Of a stretch of DNA of 64,000 nucleotides, positions 21,152 to 32,368 are shown one piece after another. The number at the start of each line of letters is the position of its first letter. Position 1 is the stretch's first letter. The notes under the pieces were generated by a model. It saw only the letters and a list, made by a program, of their open reading frames with translations, was not told the origin of the DNA and did no database searches. The position numbers and the translations under genes are program-made. Source of the stretch: Rhodomicrobium sp. (GTDB taxonomy: Bacteria > Pseudomonadota > Alphaproteobacteria > Rhizobiales > HXMU1428-3); contig BQJK01000001.1 in the NCBI GenBank assembly GCA_021604665.1, forward strand, positions 956,419-1,020,418, given 5' to 3'.

Positions 21152-22168
21152 TCAAGCAAGCCCTGCCCACTCTTCATGAAGCCGGGTCAGCGCCCGCTCT
21201 TCATCAAACTCTTGCGGCTGGGCAATCAAATCAAAGCTACGCTCAAATCGAAGCTGCGCCTGGTCAGCTAAAACAGTAGAATTTTCAGCAACCTGTCTGA
21301 GCTCATCCAAATCACCATTGCAATGCAGCGCCCCATCACATCCGGCTGCCAAACACGCCGCCACCCGCTCACCAATCGTGCCCTCTAGCGCTTCCATAGA
21401 GACATCATCAGACATCAAAAACCCATCAAATCCAATCTCATCGCGGATAACAGTTTCGATAACCTTGGCAGAAACACTCACAGGGGCAGATGGATCAATC
21501 GCCTCAAGCAACACATGCGCCGTCATCGCCAGAGGCATTTTATTCAATCCTTTGAAAGGCGCAAAATCGACCCGAGATAGAGTCTCATGATCCGAAGCAA
21601 TTTTCGGCAATGCCTTATGGCTATCAGCCTCGGCGCGGCCATGCCCCGGGATATGTTTTATCACCGGCAAAACCCCCGATGAAATATGCCCAAGCGATAT
21701 CGCCATCCCCAATGCGACGATCATATCAATATCCTGGCCAAAACTACGGTTACCGATGATCTCATCAGCTCCAGGCTGCGGCACATCAAGCACCGGCGTA
21801 CAATTGACGTTGATACCAAAATCGAGAAGATGCCGGCCCATTAATTTTGCAATATCATTCGCCGCACTAAGCGCCTCTAACGGTTGGTCCTCATACAACA
21901 CCCCCAACCGCCGCATAGCAGGCAATGCCGGAAAGAGCGGCGGGCGCAGCCGTTGCACACGGCCCCCTTCCTGGTCGATTAATACCCAGAACTGATCAGA
22001 CCCAACCTCATGGCGTACGTCCCCAATCAACCGTTTAATCTGTTCTTTATCTTGTAAGTTACGGTCAAACAGAATTAGCCCAAGTGGCGCAGCAGTGCGA
22101 AAAATACTTCGTTCAGCATCAGTCAGCTCAACTCCCGCGACCCCCGCAATAAAATTCAATCTGGTCAA
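21152..22168 (-). CDS. nagZ: Beta-N-acetylhexosaminidase (GH3)
   Basis: DQEGGRVQRL, KHIPGHG, DSH, LMSDDVSM; TTG start at 22168 with GAGGGA upstream. Confidence 0.95.
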   Translation of the reverse strand: MTRLNFIAGVAGVELTDAERSIFRTAAPLGLILFDRNLQDKEQIKRLIGDVRHEVGSDQFWVLIDQEGGRVQRLRPPLFPALPAMRRLGVLYEDQPLEALSAANDIAKLMGRHLLDFGINVNCTPVLDVPQPGADEIIGNRSFGQDIDMIVALGMAISLGHISSGVLPVIKHIPGHGRAEADSHKALPKIASDHETLSRVDFAPFKGLNKMPLAMTAHVLLEAIDPSAPVSVSAKVIETVIRDEIGFDGFLMSDDVSMEALEGTIGERVAACLAAGCDGALHCNGDLDELRQVAENSTVLADQAQLRFERSFDLIAQPQEFDEERALTRLHEEWAGLA

Positions 22169-22297
22169 ACCACATCCCTCTTCACAAAAACAACCGGCCC
22201 GCATAAAAACCACGAGCCACCCTTTTAAGGCATAATAGAAACAATTCTCAAACTGTAATGACCGCGAATAGGAGAGCAAGCAAAATTACAAAAAAAA

Positions 22298-22317
22298 CGC
22301 CCCATTAATATGGGGCG
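22298..22317 (-). terminator. Intrinsic terminator after the SPOR gene
   Basis: CGCCCCAT-TAAT-ATGGGGCG followed by a long T-run on the minus strand. Confidence 0.75.
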
Positions 22318-22408
22318 CTTCTTAATATTGAAAACGATAAAATGCTTTTATATCAGTGCATTAAAATACCCAGCGCCGCAAGACCTAGATCTTAATGCGT
22401 GATGTACT

Positions 22409-24133
22409 CTAGCGTGTGGTCACAAAGCAGTTAGAGAGGCCTTTGGCTTTCAGTTTGCTACAAACCGAAGACGCTGTGTCTTTACTTGCCATCGGACCAA
22501 CTCGTAAGCGGTAATAAACTCCCTTATTACCAAGGTCCGCCTTTTGGATCAGCGGACGATAACCGCTAAGAACATCCCCATATTTAGATTGAAGACCAGA
22601 GAAGGCCGCTAGCGCATCCTGTTGGCTACGGCGGGCAGAAATTTGCACCACATAAGAGCCATCAGTTGCTGGTGGTGCGGCGCGATCGTTAGAGGCAACC
22701 TTACGCTCTTGCGCCCGGACAGCATTGCCTTCGCGCAAAGTTTTTACAGCACGAGCCGCCTGGCCAGTATCAACGGTCACACCGACCATATCTTTGACCT
22801 GAGCTTCATTCTGAATAGAAACCCGATTATCCTGAACCCGATCACCATTACGATCAATCCGATAGGTGCGCACTAGACGCGGGCCAGAACCATCATCATT
22901 AGTGTCTTTAGCTTCAGCGCCGGCAAGTTTATTACCATCGCTATTGCTACGCAGGCTCTCAACCACTTCAGGTTCACCGCGAGATGCAATCACAGCTTTG
23001 GCAGCACCAGGGTCACCCAAGCGTGCGAAGATTTTCTTGTTTTTATTGGCAAATTCACGTCCGCCCGGATCTTCAGGGGCAACTTTTCCATCACCCGCAT
23101 CAGAGAGAATAACCGGCGCCCGATCATTACTGCTATCACCTGAATATTTATAGGCAAAAGCAACGCCGCCACCAATAATCACTGATCCCAGGATCATTGT
23201 ACCAACTAAAAATGATTTGCGACCAGATGATTGATAGTCACTGCGGAGGCTGGCATCTGCCTGCGCAACCTGTAGTGGAGCTGGCGCATAAGGGTCATTT
23301 AACTGTTGCATACCTTGCGGCTGCGGCTGCATTGGTTGCCCGTTAAACTGGCCGTTATAATCTGTGTAAGACTGATCATAGCCATAAGCATCGGCAGCAA
23401 GTGCGCCGGCATTATGCTGATGATGAGCAGCAGCTTCATAAGCTTGCGCGTCATAACCCTGGCCTTCGTAAGCATGGCCTTCATAGCCTTGATTATAAAG
23501 TGCTGGTGATTTCCCAGTATCAACCTGAGCTTGGTGATAATATTGCTCAGCATAACCTTCAGGATATTCGCCAGCTTGTTCAGACGGGTGCCCAAAGCTG
23601 TGCGCCGTGGCATCAAAAGGCTTCGTCGCATTCTGATGCGCCGCGAGATAAGGATTCACTTCCTCTTCCTCTTCATACTGCTCGGCGCCATAGGCTTCAC
23701 CATGTTGCTGAGCATACTGGCGGTGATAATCTGCCTGAGAATACCCTTGAGCAGCATCAGCCTGCTGGTCATAACCATAGCCAGCAGCTTGCGCTTCTGT
23801 CAGCTGGCCATAGCCGGGCTGATAAGCCTGGTTACGTTCGGCATGCTGTTGCGCGTAATATTGATTGTAAGCTTCCGGAAGCTGTTCATGCTGGCCAGCA
23901 TGATGGGGCTGCTGCTGAGGCAGCGCCGCGTGGCCTTTATGCGCTTCACCATATGGGTTAGCATGGCCTTGCCCATTATGCCCATGACCATTTTGACCAT
24001 AAGCATGATTATGTTGCCATTGATGCAAGGGCTGCCCGGTTGTCGGGTCCACACCGTAATTAGTTTGGGTAGCGTCACCCTCTCTATGGGAGTTGTAAGC
24101 TTCTCCCCTGTATGCGGTATGTTTATCCGACAT
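22409..24133 (-). CDS. SPOR-domain cell division protein (FtsN/RgsS-like) with long low-complexity cytoplasmic N-terminus
   Basis: Single TM (FLVGTMILGSVIIGGGVAFAY), C-terminal SPOR (YVVQISA...YYRLRVGP...CSKLK...CFV); conserved position downstream of argS. Confidence 0.88.
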   Translation of the reverse strand: MSDKHTAYRGEAYNSHREGDATQTNYGVDPTTGQPLHQWQHNHAYGQNGHGHNGQGHANPYGEAHKGHAALPQQQPHHAGQHEQLPEAYNQYYAQQHAERNQAYQPGYGQLTEAQAAGYGYDQQADAAQGYSQADYHRQYAQQHGEAYGAEQYEEEEEVNPYLAAHQNATKPFDATAHSFGHPSEQAGEYPEGYAEQYYHQAQVDTGKSPALYNQGYEGHAYEGQGYDAQAYEAAAHHQHNAGALAADAYGYDQSYTDYNGQFNGQPMQPQPQGMQQLNDPYAPAPLQVAQADASLRSDYQSSGRKSFLVGTMILGSVIIGGGVAFAYKYSGDSSNDRAPVILSDAGDGKVAPEDPGGREFANKNKKIFARLGDPGAAKAVIASRGEPEVVESLRSNSDGNKLAGAEAKDTNDDGSGPRLVRTYRIDRNGDRVQDNRVSIQNEAQVKDMVGVTVDTGQAARAVKTLREGNAVRAQERKVASNDRAAPPATDGSYVVQISARRSQQDALAAFSGLQSKYGDVLSGYRPLIQKADLGNKGVYYRLRVGPMASKDTASSVCSKLKAKGLSNCFVTTR

Positions 24134-24169
24134 ATTTTATTTCCTCAACCCGATCAGTTCAACCCGCGT

Positions 24170-24196
24170 AAGTCTTAACTTTAAAAAGTCTTAACT
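24170..24196. promoter_or_regulatory. Direct repeat AAGTCTTAACT x2 containing a near-consensus CtrA box
   Basis: Copies at 24170-24180 and 24186-24196; TTTA-N7-TTAAC at 24180-24195; 40-60 bp upstream of the SPOR gene. Confidence 0.45.
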
Positions 24197-24255
24197 ATAG
24201 ATGTCTCAAATAGAAGTCTTATCTCTAGGCCCCGAATCAAAACTTACAAAAAAGT

Positions 24256-26016
24256 TTACCTCATCTCACGCGGTGCCGAAACGCCTAGAATCGTTAGTCC
24301 AGACTTTAGTGTGTTACCAACCGCTGCGATAAGTGCGAATCTATCTTGTGTAAGCTCCCAATCGTCTTCTTGGATAATCCTTAAATGTGGCGCAACTTTG
24401 CCTCGCGCCCAATGGCTATGCAAATCGCTGGCGAGTTCATAGAGGTAAAAAGCGATCCTGTGCGGTTCCTGCGCGGCTGCTGCCCCCGCAATAACCCGGG
24501 GATACTGAGCCAACTTCCGCATAATCGCAATTTCCCCCTCATCGGTCAGCCGGGTAAGAGGTGCAGTTGCATGATCAAGGTTAGCAGAATCCATGCCAGG
24601 TATAGATTCTTCAAGCTGGCGGAACAGCGAACAGGTCCGAGCATGGCCATATTGCACATAAAATACCGGATTATCTTTGCTTTGCTCGGTTACACGGGCA
24701 AAATCAAAATCCAGCGTGGCATCATTTTTCCGCATCAACATCATAAACCGTACCGGATCGACACCAACCTCTTCTACCACGTCCCGCAATGTAACAAATG
24801 TGCCGGCCCGTTTTGACATTTTAACTTCAGCGCCATCTCTAAGCAGCTTCACAAGCTGGCAAATCCGAACATCAAGTTCGCCCTTACCATCAGAAATTGC
24901 CTTCAATGCTGCCTTTAGCCGCTTGATATAACCACCATGATCAGCGCCAAGCACATCAATCTGATGCGCAAAGCCTCGATCAAACTTATCCTTATGGTAG
25001 GCAATATCAGCTGCAAAATATGTATAGCTGCCATCAGACTTTTCTAGCGCCCGGTCAACATCATCACCAAAATCGGTCGCTCTAAACAAGGTTTGCTCCC
25101 TGTCTTCCCAATCTTCTGGCAGCGTGCCTTTGGGGGGATCAAGCCGACCACGGTAAATATGCCCAGCACTACGCAGGCTCTCAATCACCGCGCCAATCGC
25201 CGCGCCATTATTCTCATGCAGTGTCTTTTCAGAAAAGAACACATCATGATGAATGTTCAATTTAGCAAGATCTTCACGGATCAATGCCATCATCGCATCA
25301 ATCGCCGCATCTTTAACAATCGGCAACCATTCCGCCTCATCCATGGAAAGCAGCGCTTCACCATGGGTTTCACTGAGCGAGACCCCAAGCGGCACCAGAT
25401 AATCACCCGGATAAAGCCCTTCAGGGATCTCACCAATATCCTCGCCCAGCGCTTCCCGGTATCTCAAAAATGCCGAGCGCGCCAACACATCAACCTGCGC
25501 CCCCGCATCATTAATGTAATATTCCCGGCAAACATCATAACCGGTAAATTCGAGCAACCGTGCCAGGGCATCACCAAATACGGCACCTCTTGTATGCCCC
25601 ACATGCATCGGCCCGGTCGGGTTGGCAGAAACATATTCAATATTCAGCTTTGCCCCGCCGCCAATATTCGACTTGCCATAATCATCACCGGCTTCAAGCA
25701 CAGCTTTAACTATGCGCGGCCAAAAGCTGGTTTCTAGCCGTAAATTAATAAAACCCGGCCCCGCCACTTCAGCGCTGGCAACAATATCAATCTCGCCCAG
25801 CTTGCCAGCAATCTGCTCAGCCAGCGCCCTGGGGTTCATTTTAGAAGGCTTAGCAAGCACCATCGCCGCATTGGTTGAAAGATCCCCGTGGCCAGTATCC
25901 CGCGGCAATTCAACAATCACCCCGCGCCGGTTTGCATCCTCAGGCACAACACCCTCAGCCACCAAACCATCAATAATCTGGTCCACATGCTCTTCAAAAA
26001 TATCAAAGAGATCCAT
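24256..26016 (-). CDS. argS: Arginine--tRNA ligase
   Basis: [35 protein letters not shown]; GGAGG before ATG 26016. Confidence 0.98.
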   Translation of the reverse strand: MDLFDIFEEHVDQIIDGLVAEGVVPEDANRRGVIVELPRDTGHGDLSTNAAMVLAKPSKMNPRALAEQIAGKLGEIDIVASAEVAGPGFINLRLETSFWPRIVKAVLEAGDDYGKSNIGGGAKLNIEYVSANPTGPMHVGHTRGAVFGDALARLLEFTGYDVCREYYINDAGAQVDVLARSAFLRYREALGEDIGEIPEGLYPGDYLVPLGVSLSETHGEALLSMDEAEWLPIVKDAAIDAMMALIREDLAKLNIHHDVFFSEKTLHENNGAAIGAVIESLRSAGHIYRGRLDPPKGTLPEDWEDREQTLFRATDFGDDVDRALEKSDGSYTYFAADIAYHKDKFDRGFAHQIDVLGADHGGYIKRLKAALKAISDGKGELDVRICQLVKLLRDGAEVKMSKRAGTFVTLRDVVEEVGVDPVRFMMLMRKNDATLDFDFARVTEQSKDNPVFYVQYGHARTCSLFRQLEESIPGMDSANLDHATAPLTRLTDEGEIAIMRKLAQYPRVIAGAAAAQEPHRIAFYLYELASDLHSHWARGKVAPHLRIIQEDDWELTQDRFALIAAVGNTLKSGLTILGVSAPREMR

Positions 26017-26171
26017 AAAATCCTCCAAAGCGCGCGAGCAACAAGCTGCGCCGCGTCACTAAAACTCAATTCAAGAAATGATTACTAGAATAAAAAACCA
26101 GCTCAATATATATCCAGAGACTGAATACTACGCATAAAACCGGCTATCTGAAGCAGTAATAAGCCCGCTTG

Positions 26172-27356
26172 CTATCTCAATTCCGGGGTCGCGTCAAACA
26201 AACGCCGATGTTCAAGCAAGGCATAGCGATCGGTCATCCCCGCTACAAAATCACAAATTAAAACGGCGCGCCCGGTCTCATCCGGCTGGGCCAAAACAGC
26301 TTCCTGCCATTCATGGGGCAACGCCTCAGTATTATTGCGGTATTTTTCAAAGAGATCCGTAACAATCTCCTCAGCGCGGCCCATCACCTTCATCACCCAG
26401 TCATCCCGGTAAACCGAATTAAAGAGGAAAGCCCGCAGCTCTTTAATCCCCTGGCTCATGGCCGGAGAAAACTGCACCAAAGCCTCCCCGGCGCAGCGCA
26501 CATCGTCAACACTCTCAATCTGTTGGTTTAAAAGACGCTGGCTGGTTGTCTTGTTCATATCCTCGACCATAGCCGTGATCAATCGCCGATTTAATTCATA
26601 CACAAGCCTGCCAACTGGCAAATTACCATATATCCGCCGGATATCATGGAGCAGCTCTTTAGTTAGCGGCACAGTTTCCAAGTCATTAGGTACAATCAAC
26701 CCTGCTCGCAAACCGTCATCAATGTCATGGTTCGAATAGGCGATATCATCCGCCAGCGCCGCCACCTGTGCCTCTAATAAAGCATAAGTTGAAAGGCCGA
26801 GATCATAGGTCTCATTAAACTGGCTGATATAGCACGGCGTGAACGCGCTTATCAAAGGGCCATTATGCTTCACAATCCCCTCAAGGCATTCATAGCTAAG
26901 GTTCAGCCCATCAAAGAGCGGGTATTTATGCTCCAACAAAGTTACATGTTTCAGGCTTTGAGCATTATGATCAAAACCGCCAAAGACTTTCATAACCCTG
27001 TTCAGCGCCCGTTCTCCCGCATGGCCAAATGGGGAATGGCCAAGATCATGGGCCAGCGCCACAGCCTCAGTCAGGTCCTCATCAAGCTGCAGCATGCGAG
27101 CTAGTGAGCGTGCAATCTGCGCCACCTCAAGTGTGTGGGTCAGCCTTGTGCGGTAATGGTCCCCTTCATAATAGATAAACACCTGGGTTTTATGGGTTAA
27201 CCGGCGAAAGGCAGTTGAGTGGATTATTCTGTCCCGGTCACGTTGATAAGGCGAGCGCATACGGCACCCATCTTCATGAAACAGCCGCCCCTGGCTCTCT
27301 GAAGCGACAGCAGCACCAGCGCGAAGGTTACCAAAAGAACTCCCCAACTCTGTCAT
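26172..27356 (-). CDS. dgt: Deoxyguanosinetriphosphate triphosphohydrolase (HD domain)
   Basis: RSPYQRDRDRIIHS, RTRLTHTLEV, AHDLGHSPFGHAGE, DFVAGMTDRYA. Confidence 0.95.
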   Translation of the reverse strand: MTELGSSFGNLRAGAAVASESQGRLFHEDGCRMRSPYQRDRDRIIHSTAFRRLTHKTQVFIYYEGDHYRTRLTHTLEVAQIARSLARMLQLDEDLTEAVALAHDLGHSPFGHAGERALNRVMKVFGGFDHNAQSLKHVTLLEHKYPLFDGLNLSYECLEGIVKHNGPLISAFTPCYISQFNETYDLGLSTYALLEAQVAALADDIAYSNHDIDDGLRAGLIVPNDLETVPLTKELLHDIRRIYGNLPVGRLVYELNRRLITAMVEDMNKTTSQRLLNQQIESVDDVRCAGEALVQFSPAMSQGIKELRAFLFNSVYRDDWVMKVMGRAEEIVTDLFEKYRNNTEALPHEWQEAVLAQPDETGRAVLICDFVAGMTDRYALLEHRRLFDATPELR

Positions 27357-27636
27357 CCCCCATTTACCCTTAATCAGCGCTACTTTCAGGCTAGTTTGAA
27401 GTGTAACAAGCAGCACACCACAAGCTTGACATCCCACCACGCCCGCTTATCTAAAAGAGAGGCCCTATCCTATTGAGGCATATATGTAACGCTTAGCCGA
27501 TTTAAGGGCCATAAATACATGCAAACCACTCAGTTTTAACTGTGTGAAACTATGATAGTATGGGCTATCGCGAAATATATGACAGCAAACAATTGAACAG
27601 CATCAGCTTTTCACGCCAACTAGAGTGTTATTAGAT

Positions 27637-28008
27637 ATGACGGACCAACAAACAACCACCACACCAGAAACTAATACAGACGCTCTCCCTGTCGGCCTGA
27701 CAGAAAGCGCTGCCAAACGCATAGTCACCATTATATCTGATGAACCAGAAGGCACCATGCTGCGTGTCTCAGTAGAAGGCGGCGGGTGCTCAGGTTTTTC
27801 CTATAAATTTGATCTAACAACAGAGAAAAAAGCCGACGACCTCGTAATCGAGAGAAGCGGCGCAACAGTCCTGGTTGATGAACTGTCACTAGGTTTTCTG
27901 GATGGCTCAGAGATCGATTATGTCGATGCCCTCATTGGCGCGTCCTTCCAGATCAACAATCCAAACGCAACCGCCAGCTGCGGCTGTGGCACCAGCTTCT
28001 CTATCTAA
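27637..28008 (+). CDS. erpA: Iron-sulfur cluster insertion protein (ErpA/IscA, HesB family)
   Basis: LRVSVEGGGCSGFSY, NPNATASCGCGTSF. Confidence 0.93.
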   Translation: MTDQQTTTTPETNTDALPVGLTESAAKRIVTIISDEPEGTMLRVSVEGGGCSGFSYKFDLTTEKKADDLVIERSGATVLVDELSLGFLDGSEIDYVDALIGASFQINNPNATASCGCGTSFSI

Positions 28009-28223
28009 AACTTGCCTATTTAAAGCTCATTGATGAACAGTTTTGCAGCGCCTAGCGACCAGCCCGGCCGCCTTGCAACTTGCCAATCTGCAAAGCTCCC
28101 CTCTATGGCAACAGCCCTTTAAGCAGCAGGCTTTTAAAACAGCAGCCCTATAAGCTGCATCCTTGACAGTAGCAGTCATTGCACCCTATCCATCAACAGG
28201 GCAAAAAATGAGGGGGCAGGTCC

Positions 28224-29006
28224 ATGAAAATTGCAACATGGAACATCAACGGCATCAAAGCGCGAATTAATAACCTTGAGCGCTGGCTAAAAGTAGCCGA
28301 GCCAGATATCGCCTGCTTACAAGAAATCAAATCAGTTGAAGAAAACTTCCCCGCCGAGCTGTTTGAAGCAATGGGCTATAATGTTGCGGTGTTTGGCCAA
28401 AAAAGTTTCAATGGTGTCGCCATCCTCTCTAAAAAACCTTTTGATGAGGTTATTAAAGGCCTCCCAGGCGACGACACAGATGAGCAGGCCCGCTATTTAG
28501 AAGCCGTAATTTCAGTTGATGGCGGTGTCATCCGTGTGGCCTCAATCTATCTCCCAAATGGCAACCCGGTTGAAAGCGAGAAATACCCTTATAAACTAGC
28601 ATGGATGGAGAGACTGAGGGCCCATGCCAAATCACGTCTCAGCCTGGAAGAACCGCTAATTCTCGCCGGTGATTATAACGTCATCCCAACAGAGCAGGAT
28701 GTCTATGATGCCTCAAAATGGGTAGATGACGCTCTTTTTCTGCCGCAGTCACGGGCCGCTTACCAGGCCATACTCAATCTTGGCCTCACAAGCGCCTTCG
28801 AGGCCAGCATCAACCACCCCTATTGTTATACCTTCTGGGATTACCAAAGAGGCAGCTGGAACAAAGATCATGGCATTCGCATTGATCATATCCTCCTCTC
28901 CCCCCAGGCCGCAGACAAGCTTGAGACCTGCCAGATAGACCGCCCAACAAGAGGATGGGAAAAACCATCAGACCATGTGCCTATATGGATTGATCTGGCT
29001 GTTTAA
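28224..29006 (+). CDS. xth: Exodeoxyribonuclease III
   Basis: TWNINGI, LQEIK, YLPNGNP, GDYN, GIRIDHILL, SDHVP. Confidence 0.97.
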   Translation: MKIATWNINGIKARINNLERWLKVAEPDIACLQEIKSVEENFPAELFEAMGYNVAVFGQKSFNGVAILSKKPFDEVIKGLPGDDTDEQARYLEAVISVDGGVIRVASIYLPNGNPVESEKYPYKLAWMERLRAHAKSRLSLEEPLILAGDYNVIPTEQDVYDASKWVDDALFLPQSRAAYQAILNLGLTSAFEASINHPYCYTFWDYQRGSWNKDHGIRIDHILLSPQAADKLETCQIDRPTRGWEKPSDHVPIWIDLAV

Positions 29007-29056
29007 CCAAGAAGGCCACTAAGCTATAAGCCTGTTCGCAGCATCCCCACAAAAAA

Positions 29057-29076
29057 ACCCGGCTCAACAGCCGGGT
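29057..29076. terminator. Intrinsic terminator between xth and the exoR-like gene
   Basis: ACCCGGCT-CAAC-AGCCGGGT with A7 on the left (T-run on the minus strand). Confidence 0.75.
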
Positions 29077-29205
29077 AAAATCAGTTTTTAGTCATTTATA
29101 TTTAGTCATTTATAAAAGGGGAAATCCTTAAAGGGCAGCCTTAAAAGGCTAACACAGAGATATCTCCAAAACGCTCAAAATTACAATGACACGCCATCAT
29201 CGCAA

Positions 29206-30615
29206 TCAATCGGGCCGGGCGCCAAGTCCAAACATCTGATAACCAAAGCTGGAGGCCTCATTCTGCCGGAACCCTTCAGGATGTTGCCCAAGTTCAGGCA
29301 ATTGATTGCGCGGCGTTTTCGCCTCAAGCTGTTCTGTATCCAACCCTTGTGGTGGTTCCGCCAAAACGATACCGTCCAAAAGCTCACGCACCGGGCTTTG
29401 TTTTGCAGGCACATCGCGCCATAGAACATTATATTTACTACGCAGCTTACCAATATAAAGAGCCGCCCGGTTATGCTCTTCTTCTGTCATGTCATACCTA
29501 ACGGCCTCATAAAGCCGCTCAACATGATTTTTCACAGAGCCGGTCGCATTGCGGCGGGCAAATTCTATCCACGCAAGAGCAAGGCCCTGCTTCCTCTTCA
29601 CCAAATCTCCCTGCCAATAGAGCGCCCCAAGATAAGCCTGCGCTTTTGGGTTGTTTTTAATCGCGGCACGTGTCAACCAGCGCTGGCCAAGCTTAATATT
29701 TCGCATTTGGCCGGTTTCTATCAAAAAACGACCCAGCTGATATTGCCCTTCCACATCACCAAAATGCGCAGCTTTCTCAAACAGGATGCGCGCAACCAGC
29801 GGGTCGGGCAAAACATTCAAATCTGGAACACCTATCTCTCTATAGCGCGCCAACTGAACAAAAGCATGGGCGACAAACGGGGTCACACGGGTATATTCCC
29901 TGGAATTATCCGCAAAGTCAGAAGTGATCTGATGATAATAGCGATAGGCCTTGGCGTGATCGACCGCACCGGCTTTCCCTGTCCGATAAAGATGCGCCAG
30001 CAAAAACCGCGCAATGAAAGACCCATTATCCGCAGCGCTTTCCAACACCAGCACAGCGTCTTCAACCCGCTTCTCGCGGTAAGCTAAAATAGCAGCCCGT
30101 ATCGGATTTTGAACCGCTGGCACAGCTGGCTCCTGCGAAAGCTGTTCAGCCAGCTCATCGGCATCCGTTTCGCCAGCATCACGTTTCGAACTGCTAAGCG
30201 GCTCCCCGGATTTATCAAAAGTTCCATCAATCGGCGGCGACGAAAAGCCTTCAGTAGAATTGCCGTTATCGTCAAGCGGATTACGCTCTAAATCCTGCGC
30301 TGGCGGCGCGCCATTTTGGCGGCGGCGCATCTGAGAAGCATCATTCCCCTCATCAGCAATCAACTGAGCCTGAGACCTATGCCCATCATTAGTATAATAA
30401 TCATCACCCGCTTTATGAGCAGAATAACCACCAACGGCCAACCGGCCAAAAATACCAACACGTCGCTCCCCACTGAAGCCGTCATATTGTTCGGCCATCA
30501 ATGGGGATGAAATAGAAAGCATGCTCAGCATCAACCCGGCTAACAAACAAGCTGAAACCGGGGCAAAAATGCAAGAGAGCCGGTGCCTCAGGCCACTATA
30601 GCCTGAAGCCACCAT
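29206..30615 (-). CDS. exoR: Exported Sel1-repeat protein, ExoR-like, with acidic N-terminal extension
   Basis: Sel1 repeats (ARFLLAHLYRTG, EGQYQLGRFL, KAQAYLGALYWQG); conserved position next to xth; start trimmed to remove overlap with ilvD; orthology not tested. Confidence 0.7.
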   Translation of the reverse strand: MVASGYSGLRHRLSCIFAPVSACLLAGLMLSMLSISSPLMAEQYDGFSGERRVGIFGRLAVGGYSAHKAGDDYYTNDGHRSQAQLIADEGNDASQMRRRQNGAPPAQDLERNPLDDNGNSTEGFSSPPIDGTFDKSGEPLSSSKRDAGETDADELAEQLSQEPAVPAVQNPIRAAILAYREKRVEDAVLVLESAADNGSFIARFLLAHLYRTGKAGAVDHAKAYRYYHQITSDFADNSREYTRVTPFVAHAFVQLARYREIGVPDLNVLPDPLVARILFEKAAHFGDVEGQYQLGRFLIETGQMRNIKLGQRWLTRAAIKNNPKAQAYLGALYWQGDLVKRKQGLALAWIEFARRNATGSVKNHVERLYEAVRYDMTEEEHNRAALYIGKLRSKYNVLWRDVPAKQSPVRELLDGIVLAEPPQGLDTEQLEAKTPRNQLPELGQHPEGFRQNEASSFGYQMFGLGARPD

Positions 30616-30643
30616 TTCTAGCTGAGCTATTAAGTTCAGCGGT

Positions 30644-32368
30644 TTATATGTCTGCAAAACAAACAACTTCTGCTTTTCCTCCAGGGTGCGTAACCGCCCC
30701 TTTACGTGCAGGACCAACCTGCTGTGCATATTTCCACAATGTGCCCGATTGATAATCGGTCGAGCGCGGCTGCCATTTCTCACGGCGAGCCGCCAGTTGT
30801 TCAGCTGTAAGGTCCACATCTAATGTGCCAAGCTCTGCATCAATGCGGATAATGTCACCATCTTCCAACAAGCCAATCGGCCCACCTTCAGCAGCTTCCG
30901 GGCCAACATGGCCAATACAAAAACCTCGTGTCGCACCAGAAAAACGGCCATCAGTGATAAGCGCAACCTTGTCACCCATACCCTGACCATAAAGCGCCGC
31001 CGTCGTAGAGAGCATTTCTCTCATACCAGGGCCACCTTTTGGCCCCTCATAGCGAATGATAATCACATCGCCTTCTTCATATTTCTTGGCACTAACAGCG
31101 GCGAAAGCTTCTTCTTCGCTGTCAAACACCCGGGCAGGCCCTTCAAATTGCAGTTTTTTCATACCCGCAACTTTCACAATGCCGCCGTCAGGGGCAAGGC
31201 TGCCTTTCAAGCCAACAACGCCGCCCGTCGGGGTGATCGGATTGTTAACTGAATAAATCACTTTTTGCGTATCATCGAAGGTCACCCCTTCAAGATTTTC
31301 AGCAATCGTCTTGCCGGTGACAGTCAGGCAATCACCATGAATGAAGCCGCCATCATAAAGCGTCTTGAGAAGCATCGGCACGCCGCCCGCCTCATACATA
31401 TCTTTAGCCACATATTTTCCGCCTGGTTTTAAATCAGCGATATATGGCGTTTTTTTGAAGATCTCGGCCACTTCAAACAAATCAAAATCAATGCCTACCT
31501 CATGCGCAATCGCTGGCAAATGCAGCGCCGCATTGGTCGAGCCACCAGAAGCCGCAACAACAGTCGCCGCATTCTCAAGCGCCTTGCGGGTCACTATATC
31601 CCGTGGGCGAATGCCCTGAGCCACAAGTTCCATTACCTGGCGACCAGAAGCCTCAGCATATTCATCGCGGCTCTCATAAGGTGCTGGCGCGCCTGAAGAA
31701 CTCGGCAAAGCAAGCCCCATCGCCTCAGAAACGCAAGCCATTGTGTTCGCCGTAAACTGGCCGCCACAAGACCCAGCGCTAGGGCAAGCTGCACATTCCA
31801 GCTCATGCAGATCTTCATCGCTCATTTTACCGGCAGAATGCTGGCCAACACCTTCAAACACATCAACAACCGTGACATCCTTGCCTTTAAATTTGCCCGG
31901 CAATATAGAGCCACCATACATAAACACACTCGGCACATTCAGCCGCACCATGGCCATCATCATGCCCGGCAGCGATTTATCGCAGCCAGCAAGCCCAACA
32001 AGCGCATCATAACAATGGCCGCGCATTGTCAGTTCAATGCTGTCGGCAATCACTTCCCGAGAGACAAGAGAAGATTTCATCCCCTGATGGCCCATAGCAA
32101 TGCCGTCTGTAACAGTGATGGTGCAAAATTCACGCGGCGTACCAGCAGCACTATAAACGCCAGCTTTTGCAGCCTGCGCCTGGCGCATAAGAGCAATGTT
32201 ACAAGGTGCAGCTTCATTCCAGCAGGAAACAACACCGACAAACGGCTGGTGAATCTGTTCCTCAGTCAGCCCCATCGCATAATAATAGGAACGATGCGGC
32301 GCCCGGTCAGCCCCTTCGGTAACATGGCGGCTCGGCAACTTTGACTTATCGAATGTTTTAGCGTCCAT
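30644..32368 (-). CDS. ilvD: Dihydroxy-acid dehydratase
   Basis: [52 protein letters not shown]. Confidence 0.97.
   Translation of the reverse strand: MDAKTFDKSKLPSRHVTEGADRAPHRSYYYAMGLTEEQIHQPFVGVVSCWNEAAPCNIALMRQAQAAKAGVYSAAGTPREFCTITVTDGIAMGHQGMKSSLVSREVIADSIELTMRGHCYDALVGLAGCDKSLPGMMMAMVRLNVPSVFMYGGSILPGKFKGKDVTVVDVFEGVGQHSAGKMSDEDLHELECAACPSAGSCGGQFTANTMACVSEAMGLALPSSSGAPAPYESRDEYAEASGRQVMELVAQGIRPRDIVTRKALENAATVVAASGGSTNAALHLPAIAHEVGIDFDLFEVAEIFKKTPYIADLKPGGKYVAKDMYEAGGVPMLLKTLYDGGFIHGDCLTVTGKTIAENLEGVTFDDTQKVIYSVNNPITPTGGVVGLKGSLAPDGGIVKVAGMKKLQFEGPARVFDSEEEAFAAVSAKKYEEGDVIIIRYEGPKGGPGMREMLSTTAALYGQGMGDKVALITDGRFSGATRGFCIGHVGPEAAEGGPIGLLEDGDIIRIDAELGTLDVDLTAEQLAARREKWQPRSTDYQSGTLWKYAQQVGPARKGAVTHPGGKAEVVCFADI

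Noticed and set aside
30616-30819. N-terminal extension of the Sel1 ORF given in the ORF track
   Set aside because: Overlaps the ilvD 3' end in another frame; a signal peptide begins after 30615.
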